This document shows, in pieces, positions 53,058 through 62,410 of a DNA stretch of 64,000 bases (positions are counted from its first letter, which is position 1; the number at the start of each line of letters is the position of its first letter). The notes below the pieces were generated by a model, which saw only the letters and a list, made by a program, of their open reading frames with translations, was not told the DNA's origin and did not search any database. The position numbers and the translations under genes were made by a program. The stretch comes from an uncultured Gemmatimonadales bacterium (GTDB taxonomy: Bacteria > Gemmatimonadota > Gemmatimonadetes > Gemmatimonadales > Gemmatimonadaceae), in the NCBI GenBank assembly GCA_963707505.1, contig CAVPQB010000003.1, forward strand, positions 512,001 through 576,000, written 5' to 3'.

Positions 53058-55045
53058 GGGTCGCCGGGACGTTGCCAGTGGTGGCGTCGAGTGCTGCAAC
53101 CACGGAGTATGTACCCGCCGCGCCCGAGGGCGCGATGATCCAACGCTTGCGATCCGGAAAACGTGCATGAATGGCCGCCATCGCCGACGCATCACCGTAC
53201 CGCGCGACAATGGGCCCACTTCCGAGCGGAACGCCGCTCCATAGGAATCCGCTCGCGTAGTCGGCGTAATCATTCGGCGGGGTTCCGTTCTTCACAAATA
53301 TCAGATCGTGCTGCATCGCGTTGTCACGAATCAGTCTGCCGACGTCGTCGCTCACGCCCCGGTAACGCCGGTACTTTTCGGTCCCTCGCCATACTGTGAT
53401 CTGAAAGAAACCGACGAACGCAAGCAGAAGCGCAACTGACGCGACGCGCGTCCGATCAATCCCAATCCCGTCGGCCAGCGCGCGCAATCCCAACGCGGTC
53501 AGCGCGGCAAATGGCACGAGTGTCTGATACCAGTAGCGCGGCCCCAGATCGGCGCCGCTGTACCAGTAGAGCATCGGCGGGGACAATCACCGCTACGACG
53601 AGCCAGATCCAGAGCCACATCCCACGTACTCTCTTTCCCAGAGCGAGCATGACGACGAACAGCAGGGCACCGCCGAGCCACCCGAACAGCTCCGTATCGA
53701 TAATACTGAGATTCAGGTTCAGGTGAATTGCACTTTCGAGCGGGCTGTGACCAGGGAAGATGTCGTTCGCCCACCCGACGTTTCCCTTATCCGGCCCGAA
53801 CCCCAGTGAATTGGATCCGGGGTAGTAGGTCAGATCAAAGAACAGCTGGACCGGATCGCGGAGTGCGTTTCCAGTGAGGATTCTGTTGTTGATGAAAAAG
53901 AGCGAGCCGACAGCGGAGCTCGCGCCGACTGCTACTGCAATAGCGGAAGCACGAACGCGGGCGCCGAATGCGCCCATACACATCGCCAGCACGATGACGC
54001 CAACGCTGACCGCCTCGACGGGGCGCGCGAGAAACAGCAACCCGAGCGCCAGGCCGCCGATGACCGCCCATCGCATGCGTGCGCCCGTCTGCAGCTGGAG
54101 CGCACTCAGCAGCGCCAGCAGTGCACAGACAATGCTCAGCGGATGCGCCATGTACGTCGAGCCGACCGTCACGTACAGTGGTGACGTCGCGAGCAGCAGC
54201 GCCGCCACGAGTGCTGTGGAGGAACGATGAACGCGTTTGACGACGGCATACGTGAGCAGGACTCCCGCACCGGCGAGCAAGGGATTCACAATCCACGGAA
54301 CGCCAGCAATCACACCGAGCGCAAGCACCAGCGGCCACCCCGGCGGAAATACACTGAACCACTTGCCATCGTGCACCATTATCAGGAACTGACGGAACAA
54401 TTCCGGCGCCGGTGGCGGATCAAGATAAACGCGACCCTGCGCATACGTCTTCGCCTGGAAGAGATAGGCGACTTCATCCGGCACGTGCGGAATCCGGTGG
54501 AACGTCAGCACTGCGACCGTACCGCACGCGACCGTCGCGAACGCTGCTGCAAGACCAACGATGAGCCAGGCCTTGCGCCCATCCGCATCGAGCACGGCCG
54601 ACGCCGCAGAGTTGTACGGCATACTGCGCGCGGCGAACACTATGCACAGTAGCCCGGCAGCATGCATTGCGGCGGTGACAACCAGGTGGATGCCGTATCC
54701 CAACGGGTCGCGCGACAATAGCGTGGTCCCGAGTACCCAGATCACACACACAGACACTGCGACTCCGGCCGCGCGGTGTGACGCGGTGAGGCTGCGGTAG
54801 ATCCTCGTGAGCCCGACAATACCAGCCAGCGCGACGATCAGGAGAATTGCAATCGCCAGTGGATGATCTCGCAGATCGGCCGGCGCACGAAACCCAAACT
54901 GCCACGCACCTGGCGAGTATAGAGTGATCGCCGCCTGTTCGCCCGCTACGGCGACGAGCATCCACACAATCGCCGCGACAACACTCGATCGCTCCGGTTC
55001 CTGTGCCTGCTCTACAACCTCAGCTTGCGCGACGTCGGCAGACAT
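53032..55045 (-). CDS. GT39/GT83-like GT-C glycosyltransferase; frameshift at ~53580
   Basis: PHVPDEVAYLFQA, FPPGWPLVLALG, LARP, NRILTG; continues in ORF 53032-53586 (YWYSG..LGPRYWY). Confidence 0.8.
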
Positions 55046-55755
55046 ACAGGATGTGCGGATACGGGAGCACGTCGTTCATACGATGCATGGCCACGTCGAA
55101 GCCGAGCCCTGTCAGAATCGTCATCAGCTCGGTTGGGCGGCCAGTAACGAATGGGCTCCATCCCGACCAGCAGGCGATCGAGCAGCAGCGTGAAGAGCAT
55201 CTTGTAACGCGGCCGGTCAGCGACGTCCTTGATTATCACGATACCGCCCGGCCGGACATGGCGCGCCACATGCGCGAGAAACCCTGGCACTCGCGATTGC
55301 GGTAGATGATGCAGAAGGTCAAGCATGTAGACCGCGTCGAACTGCCGGTCGGTGGTCCACGTGGTGACGTCACTCGCCTCATATGCCACGTTGGTCAGCT
55401 CGAGGTACTCCGCGCTTGAAGCGGCGGCAGCGACACGTCGCGCATCGAGGTCGACAGCGACAATTTTCAGTCCCGGTTTCGTCATCGCGTAGAACAACGA
55501 GAAGAGGCCGAAACCGCAGCCCAGATCCAGAACGTCGCCCGACGCAGGAAGATACTGTCCGATCTCCTCGAGAAATGGCTGCCGGACGATCGTGAAGCGC
55601 ACTCGCGAATACGCACGCACGATCGGACGCCGGAAACTGTGTATCACTTCGCGGATCGCGCTCGCACCGGTTGCTCCCCTATGCGCTACACCCGCCGACG
55701 TATGCTCACGCACACGCGCGGCCGCTGGCTCAGTGGGTCTTTCTGCAGAAGTCAA
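55020..55755 (-). CDS. Class I SAM-dependent methyltransferase; frameshift at ~55135
   Basis: VLDLGCGFG, LDLLHH, RPGG; the corrected C-terminus reads ...DVLPYPHILYVCRRRAS* (stop at 55020). Confidence 0.85.
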
Positions 55756-55764
55756 GTCAGATCC

Positions 55765-56644
55765 TCAAACAACGTGGTAGAGTGTCGCAGCGCAGTAGAC
55801 TGCCCAGAGTCGCCACATCGATGAGGAGCGCACGATCGGTGAACAGCGTGCCCGCCGGATCGCCGCCGTGACTACGTCGTACGAGATACAGATACCGAAA
55901 CACTCCATACAGAACGAACACAGTGCTGTAGCTCAGCGCCTCTGACCCGACAGCCAGTGCTGTCGAGGAAGAAATCGTGTACATGATGTACGAAACGATG
56001 GTCACGGACAGCAGAATTCCGGAGATCTGGTCCAGTGTCTCCGTGTCGTACTGCTTGAGCACGGCCCGGTGCTCTCCGGAATCGTGGCCCAGCAGAGTCA
56101 GCTCATGTCGACGCTTGGTGAATCCGAGGTATAGCGATAACAGTCCGCCGCAGAGGAGCAGCCAGACAGACGCGTGCACGTCAATCGCTGTCACTCCCGC
56201 CAGGAGTCGCAGGATGAAAAACGCGGCTATGGCGAACACGTCGACAAGCACGATGCGCTTGAGCGACAACGAGTAGATGATATTGAGAACGGCGTATATG
56301 GCCAGCACCAACGCGAGCCGCGGTGCGATGAGGCCGCCGAGAAGCAGTGACGCAGTCACCAGTGCGGAGCCAAGCACGATGCCGGCAGTACGACTGACGC
56401 GTCCCGCGGCTATCGGCCGCTTGCGCTTGATAGGATGTGCACAATCTGCGCTACGATCCGAAACATCGTTCCAGCAATAGATACCGCTCGCGATCAGGCA
56501 GAAGCACACAAATGCACCAAATGCGTGGTTCCTCGCCGAGCCGTTCGTCGCGAGTCCGGAGAACAGGAGAGGAGCCAGAACGAATCCGTTCTTTATCCAC
56601 TGCCGCGGACGCAGAAGGAGCACGAGATCCGAGAAGCGCGCCAA
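55765..56644 (-). CDS. UbiA-family polyprenyl-phosphate phosphoribosyltransferase (DPPR synthase-like); probable indels at both ends
   Basis: LRPRQWIKN, YCWNDVSDRSADCAHPIKRKRPIAAG, YSLSLK, DVF, FILRLLAG, KRRHEL, YGVFRYLYL, GDP; the corrected end reads ALWAVYCAATLYHVV*. Confidence 0.88.
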
Positions 56645-56660
56645 CCGCCGGCGGGAACCG

Positions 56661-56717
56661 GCGCGGTATCACGCGCGGTATCACGCGCGGCATCACGTGC
56701 GGTTACACGCGGTTCAC
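56661..56717. repeat. Degenerate 12-bp tandem repeat GCGCGGTATCAC x~4.5
   Basis: gcgcggtatcac x2, gcgcggcatcac, gtgcggttacac, gcggttcac. Confidence 0.8.
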
Positions 56718-56753
56718 GTGTTCCTCCGTCGTCGACGCTGGCCACGTGAGCCT

Positions 56754-57734
56754 TCACGCCCCAACGCTCTCCAGAATCGAGCGTTGATCGGCGATGACGT
56801 CGGTGATGATCTGCGCCAGCGCAGTACGCGGACGAAATCCGATCGTCTGCTCCAGGCGCGACAGATCCGGGACGCGACGCGGCATGTCCTCGAATCCGAC
56901 CGCGTACGCTTCATCGTATGGCACCCGCACGATCGGTGAAGAGCTCTCCGCCGCGTCACGCACCAGTTCCGCGAGCCGCATGATCGTAACTTCCTCGTCG
57001 TTCCCGACGTTGTAGGCTCGGCCCGGCGCCGACGGAGTGCGCATCAGGCGCACGAGCGATTCGACGGCGTCCGATACGTGTCCAAAACAGCGCGACTGAG
57101 TCCCTGGTCCGTACACCGTGATCGGCTCGCCGCGTACCGCCTGCGACGCGAAGCTCGGCACCACCATGCCGTACCGGCCCGTCTGGCGAGGGCCAACGGT
57201 GTTGAAGAAACGCACGATGATCACCGGCACGTTACGCTCGCGCATGTATGCCAGCCCGAGCCACTCATCCAGCGCCTTGGAGCACGCGTAAGCCCAGCGT
57301 GAGTGCGTGGTGGACCCAAGTACGAGATCGTCGTCTTCACGAAACGGTGTGCGCAGACTCTTTCCGTATACTTCCGAAGTCGACGCAAGGATCACGAGCT
57401 TTTGTTTCCGGGCCGCTGCGTCGAGTACGACTTCGGTTCCGTGCACGTTCGTCGTTATCGTCCTCACCGGACTCTCGACGATGAGTCGCACACCGACAGC
57501 TGCGGCGAGGTGTACCGTGCAATCACATCTATCCACCAGCTCGGATACCAGCGCAGCGTTGGTCACCGACCCGATGTGGTAAGTGAATCCAGCACGGCCG
57601 ATGAGGTGCTCGATGTTGTCCATCGAGCCCGTCGACAAGTCGTCGAGAATGATCACCTGATGGCGATCGTCGAGTAGCCGGGTTGCGAGATGCGAGCCGA
57701 TAAATCCTGCGCCGCCGGTGATGAAGATCTTCAT
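56754..57734 (-). CDS. NAD-dependent nucleotide-sugar epimerase/dehydratase (extended SDR)
   Basis: TGGAGFIG, HLAAAVG, STSEVYG, YACSK, RFFNTVGPRQ. Confidence 0.92.
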   Translation of the reverse strand: MKIFITGGAGFIGSHLATRLLDDRHQVIILDDLSTGSMDNIEHLIGRAGFTYHIGSVTNAALVSELVDRCDCTVHLAAAVGVRLIVESPVRTITTNVHGTEVVLDAAARKQKLVILASTSEVYGKSLRTPFREDDDLVLGSTTHSRWAYACSKALDEWLGLAYMRERNVPVIIVRFFNTVGPRQTGRYGMVVPSFASQAVRGEPITVYGPGTQSRCFGHVSDAVESLVRLMRTPSAPGRAYNVGNDEEVTIMRLAELVRDAAESSSPIVRVPYDEAYAVGFEDMPRRVPDLSRLEQTIGFRPRTALAQIITDVIADQRSILESVGA

Positions 57735-59107
57735 GCGGTGCCTCCGCTCGTGAGAGCATCAACTATGGACTGTTCACCCTTCGCACTCGCCATGCGGCGA
57801 ATGAGATCGAGATACTGGGGCATCACTGCTTCCTCACTCCAGTGCTCCGCGAACGCGCGCCGGCCTGCATTCGCCAGTGCTTCACGGCGTTCCGGGATTT
57901 GCGCCAGCTCGTGCATCGCCGCTTCCAGCTCGGCGCGATTCTCAAAGAGCAGTCCCGCGTCTGCCGTTTCGACGATCTCCGGAAACGGCCCCAGGCGGCG
58001 CGCAATCACCGGCGTGCCCTTCCGAAACGCTTCGATGATGATTATGCCGAACGTCTCGAAGCAAACCGACGGCACTATCAGCGCCAGCGCGTGGTGATAG
58101 TACGATCCCAGCTGCTCCGCCGGCACTCGACCCAGAAAATGCACCCGGGGCATGTCAGCAGCAAGCGACCGTAGCGATGCGGCGTAGTCCCCCTCTCCGG
58201 CAATGAGCAGGTCAGGTCCATCGGCGCCCGCGAACGACGGAATGACGTCTTCGAGTCCCTTGATCTTCTCCAATCGCCCGACGAATAGAAAGAATGGACG
58301 ACTGTGAGGTGACGGCGCCTCCGTGACCGGATCCGCCCCTGCAGTGTCTTGCGGCAGGAAATACGGAATGACTTCCATGTCGCGCGGAAAGCCGAACTCG
58401 TGATGCTTGTCGCGACTGAACGCACTTTTCGCTATGAACGCATCGACATTGTCCAGCTCGCGCTCGAGCACACCCGTCCAGCGCCACAGTTGCGGCGGTC
58501 TGTGATAGGACAGCACGCAGCGCAGACAGTCCCGCGCATCGCATCGTTCACGGTTATAACGCCACAGCACGTGCGTTGGGCAGACGAGCCAGTGCTCATG
58601 TGCCTCGTACAGCGTGACGCCACGTCCTTCTCGCAGCAATGCAGGGCCGCCCACAAGCGACACATTGTGAAAGAAAGTTACGTCGAACCCCTCACCCAGC
58701 AGTGCGCGAAGTTTTCGGCCGTGCACGACGGGACGACCAAGCTGCTGCGTCAGAATCGGCGAGATGATTCCGAGCTTGCTTCGCAGTGTCACGACCTCGA
58801 CACCGGGAATGGACGCGGCCGGAGCGGGCTCGGCTCCGCCGCTCAGCGCAAGATATGCGTCGGCGTCGTGCACGACCGTCACCGAGTGGCCGCGCCGCGC
58901 GAATCCGGCGGCGAGACGCTGGACGCCGATCCCATCGCCACCGAAGTTGTACGGCGGATAGAACGTAGTGAGCATGCAGACGCGCAAACGCGGCCCCGGA
59001 CCGGCTTCGGGGTCCGTAGCATCATCAGTCTCCAGCGCGCCAGTAAACTCCGTCACTAACACAGGTCCCCAATCGCTCCATGACAGATGAGCGCCACGAC
59101 ACGGCAA
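57731..59107 (-). CDS. GT4 glycosyltransferase with Cys-rich insert (start uncertain)
   Basis: FYPPYNFGG, GRLEKIKG, PSVCFETFGIIIIEA; insert WLVCPT...CDARDCLRC. Confidence 0.9.
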   Translation of the reverse strand: MPCRGAHLSWSDWGPVLVTEFTGALETDDATDPEAGPGPRLRVCMLTTFYPPYNFGGDGIGVQRLAAGFARRGHSVTVVHDADAYLALSGGAEPAPAASIPGVEVVTLRSKLGIISPILTQQLGRPVVHGRKLRALLGEGFDVTFFHNVSLVGGPALLREGRGVTLYEAHEHWLVCPTHVLWRYNRERCDARDCLRCVLSYHRPPQLWRWTGVLERELDNVDAFIAKSAFSRDKHHEFGFPRDMEVIPYFLPQDTAGADPVTEAPSPHSRPFFLFVGRLEKIKGLEDVIPSFAGADGPDLLIAGEGDYAASLRSLAADMPRVHFLGRVPAEQLGSYYHHALALIVPSVCFETFGIIIIEAFRKGTPVIARRLGPFPEIVETADAGLLFENRAELEAAMHELAQIPERREALANAGRRAFAEHWSEEAVMPQYLDLIRRMASAKGEQSIVDALTSGGTA

Positions 59108-59305
59108 AGCGAGTGCGCCGCCATTTCCAGCTCGATGCAGCCGAATCCTGTCCCAGGATCAAGAAGCATGCACGACCGACAGGAGTGCAAAATTCACGTT
59201 AAGTCGTTACTGCGTACATAGATGAGACTCCGCTGCCTTTCAGGACCCAGTCCAGGGTGCGTCAATACTGATGCTGAGACGCCACAGTTGTAGCGGACCC
59301 GAGAC

Positions 59306-60337
59306 TCATCCGGCCTGGACAGTCGGGCGCTCGGCACCGTAGTAATCCCGGTACCAATCGACAAACGACTCCAACCCTGACTCTATCGATGTTTCGGGCC
59401 TGTACCCGACATCACGCTCGAGATCGGCGACGTCCGCGTACGTAGCCAGTACGTCGCCTGGCTGCATCGGCAGATATCTGCGCTCCGCGCGCTTTCCCAG
59501 ATGCCGCTCCAGTACCTCTACGAACTTCAGCAACGGCACCGGATCGCTATGACCGATGTTGTACACTCGATAGGGCGCCGAGCTCGTCGCGGGGTTGGGT
59601 GAGTCTCCTGACCAGTTGACATCGGGTGTCGCAGGCTTGTCCGCGACGCGTACAACGCCTTCGACAACATCGTCGATGTAGGTGAAGTCGCGCAGCATGT
59701 CGCCGTTGTTATACAGATCGATCGGACGCCCTTCCATGATCGCGCGAGTGAACTTGAAGTACGCCATGTCGGGCCTGCCAAACGGACCGTACACGGTGAA
59801 GAAGCGCAGCGCAGTAATCGGTAGACGGAACAGGTGCGCGTAGCTGTGCGCCATCAGCTCCGATGCCTTCTTGGTCGCCGCGTACAGGCTTACCGGATGA
59901 TCGACGCGCTGCTCGACGGAGAAAGGAGTGGTCGTATTAGCACCGTAAACCGAGCTCGACGAAGCGTGCACGAGATGTGCGACTTTCGCATGCCTGCACG
60001 CTTCGAGAATATTGAGGAATCCCACGAGGTTGCTGTCGGCATACGCGCCGGGATTCTCCAGCGAATAGCGCACACCTGCCTGCGCGGCGAGGTTGATCAC
60101 GACGTCCGGACGATGCTCCGCCATGATTCTCGCGAGCAGCGGCGCGTCGCAGATGTCGCCCTGTACGAACTGGAAGGACGCGTTCGGTTCCAGCTTGGAC
60201 AGGCGCGCGCGCTTCAACGACGGGTCGTAATAGTCGTTGAGGTTATCGATTCCGACAACCACGTCGCCGCGCGCGAGGAGCCGTTGCGCAACATGATAGC
60301 CGATGAATCCGGCGGCTCCAGTCACCAACATCGTCAT
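59306..60337 (-). CDS. UDP-glucuronate 4-epimerase-like SDR
   Basis: TGAAGFIG, NDYYD, LAAQAGVRYSLENP, SSSSVYG, YAATKK, GRPDMA, MQPGDV. Confidence 0.9.
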   Translation of the reverse strand: MTMLVTGAAGFIGYHVAQRLLARGDVVVGIDNLNDYYDPSLKRARLSKLEPNASFQFVQGDICDAPLLARIMAEHRPDVVINLAAQAGVRYSLENPGAYADSNLVGFLNILEACRHAKVAHLVHASSSSVYGANTTTPFSVEQRVDHPVSLYAATKKASELMAHSYAHLFRLPITALRFFTVYGPFGRPDMAYFKFTRAIMEGRPIDLYNNGDMLRDFTYIDDVVEGVVRVADKPATPDVNWSGDSPNPATSSAPYRVYNIGHSDPVPLLKFVEVLERHLGKRAERRYLPMQPGDVLATYADVADLERDVGYRPETSIESGLESFVDWYRDYYGAERPTVQAG

Positions 60338-60497
60338 CGTCTATCCGCCATGAAGACCAAGGTGGGAATCCCGCACAGCGATCACCGCGCGTGCCGATAG
60401 TGACCACCCGCACTCGCTCAATATTGGCTCCGGTCCGCGTATTGGCCAGCGCCGACTTTGTACGGTCTTGACGGAAGATTGACGAGGCCTCGGAACG

Positions 60498-60543
60498 AAA
60501 AAAGGGCCGGGAGCAGCAGCGATTGCAGCTACTTCCGGCCCTT
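60498..60543 (-). terminator. Rho-independent terminator after the sigma factor gene
   Basis: Minus strand reads AAGGGCCGGAAGTAGC...GCTGCTCCCGGCCCTTTTTT. Confidence 0.75.
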
Positions 60544-60596
60544 CCGATATCGCGCCGTCGTGCCGAGGCCGCGACAGCGCTCCCTACGTCACCACA

Positions 60597-61485
60597 TTAC
60601 GCCGCGAAGCTGCCCAGTGCGCGACCGACGTCGCCCTCGCGCAGGCGCTTGAGCGCGCGATCGCGAAGCTGACGAACGCGCTCGCGCGTGACGCCGAGCA
60701 TGCGAGCCGATCTCTTCGAGCGTGTGCTCGCGGCCGCCTTCGAGACCGAAGTACAGACGCAGCACCTTCGCGTCGCGCGGCGGAAGCGTGGAGAGCGCCT
60801 GTCTCGATCTCGTCGTTGAGGAAGCGGTTCATCGCCTCCTCTTCGGTGTCCGGCATCTCGTCGGCGACGAAGCGCTCGATGAGCGAGCGATCGCCTTCCG
60901 GATCCATCGGCGCATCGAGACGCACGTCGCCCGTGTTGAGCGCGGCGAGCGACTGCACGACATCGACCGACAGGCCGGTGAGCTGCGACAGCTCTTCGGG
61001 GCTCGGCTCGCGACGCAGCTTCTGACGCAGGATCTCGCGACGCCTTGATGATGCGCGAGAGATCGGCGGTGCGGTTGAGCGGAACGCGAACGGTGCGACC
61101 CTGGCGCGCGAGCGACGAGAGAATCGCCTGACGAATCCACCACACGGCGTACGAGATGAACTTCACGCCCTGATCGGGATCGAACTTCCGCGCAGCCGTG
61201 AGCAGACCGACGTTGCCTTCGCCGATGAGATCGATGAGCGGCAGGCCGCGGTTCTGATATTTCTTGGCGACGGAGATGACGAAGCGCAGGTTGCGCTTCA
61301 CGAGCTCCTGGAGCGCGTCCTGATCACCGGCGCGAATCTTCCGGGCGAGGTCGATCTCCTCCGTACCCTTGAGCAGCGGATAGGTGCTGACCTCGTAGAG
61401 GTACTGATCGAGAATGTCGCGCTCGGGCTCGTTCGGAGCGATCCCGGCGGGGCCGCTCGGCGGCGACGCGTTTGACTTCGGTCAT
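60597..61485 (-). CDS. rpoD: RNA polymerase sigma-70 factor, short RpoD/SigA type lacking region 1.1 (frameshifted)
   Basis: LDQYLYEV, NLRFVISVAKKYQNRGL, DLIGEGNVGL, KFISYAVWWIRQAI, RTVRVP, GVTRERVRQ. Confidence 0.85.
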
Positions 61486-61689
61486 TGGTGCATAGCCTCT
61501 TGCGGTACTGCGCGTGAAGAGCGCTATGCGAATGCAGCCACGACGAGGCCAGCAATGCGAGCGAATTAGTGTTGGTTCGACAACCTGCAGAGCGCGACAC
61601 CGTATGCGCTGATCGAGTCAATCGAAAATTCAGGTTGTCGAAGCGCTGCAAGATACCGGCCGCTGACGCTTTTCGCCAGACCCAATTTC

Positions 61690-61719
61690 TTGACATTCGA
61701 TACTACCCTCGGCTATCCT
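61690..61719 (+). promoter_or_regulatory. Sigma70-type promoter of the tRNA cluster
   Basis: TTGACA-N18-TATCCT, ~48 bp upstream of tRNA-Ala. Confidence 0.6.
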
Positions 61720-61766
61720 TCGCGGTTCCTGACGGGACGTGTAGTCCGGCGTCGTCAGGGAATGCC

Positions 61767-61839
<73 letters not shown>

Positions 61840-61876
61840 TGGCTGGCGGTGAGCGCGAGAACGGCTGTTTGTTGTC

Positions 61877-61949
61877 GCGGGAATAGCTCAGTTGGTAGAG
61901 CACAACCTTGCCAAGGTTGGGGTCGCGGGTTCGAGTCCCGTTTCCCGCT
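61877..61949 (+). tRNA. tRNA-Gly(GCC)
   Basis: GCGGGAA/TTCCCGC acceptor stem; CAACC-TTGCCAA-GGTTG. Confidence 0.96.
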
Positions 61950-61985
61950 CTGTTGCAAGTGCGAGTGCATCGAAGCGATCGGTGC

Positions 61986-62059
61986 GGGCGGTTAGCTCAG
62001 TTGGTTAGAGCGCCACGTTGACATCGTGGAGGTCACAAGTTCGAGTCTTGTACCGCCCA
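61986..62059 (+). tRNA. tRNA-Val(GAC)
   Basis: GGGCGGT/ACCGCCC acceptor stem; CCACG-TTGACAT-CGTGG. Confidence 0.96.
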
Positions 62060-62120
62060 TTGCACGGATGCAGTAGAGGCGGTCAGATGACGCCACGGTT
62101 AGTGAATGCGAGTTTGTAGT

Positions 62121-62194
62121 GCGCCCGTAGCTCAATTGGATAGAGCATCTGACTACGGATCAGAAGGTTGGGGGTTCGAGTCCCTCCGGGCGCA
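62121..62194 (+). tRNA. tRNA-Arg(ACG)
   Basis: GCGCCCG/CGGGCGC acceptor stem; TCTGA-CTACGGA-TCAGA. Confidence 0.96.
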
Positions 62195-62228
62195 CTGCTG
62201 TAACTCCCTTCCAAATCACCGGTTACGT

Positions 62229-62261
62229 AAACACCCCATTCCCGCAAGAGTGGGGTGTTTT
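62229..62261 (+). terminator. Terminator of the tRNA cluster (possibly bidirectional)
   Basis: AAACACCCCATTC-CCGCAA-GAGTGGGGTGTTT-T. Confidence 0.75.
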
Positions 62262-62410
62262 GCATTATGTGTGCGAAGTGTTGTGCGAGCTTGGCTCGCG
62301 TCGGTCGATCTACGCACCGTGCGGTTGCTTTCAGTGACCTGCTCTGCTCCCCGTTTCTTGAGGCAGCGTTCTCCCGTCACAAGCGCGTCCTCGCCCGAGT
62401 AAGCGGTACT

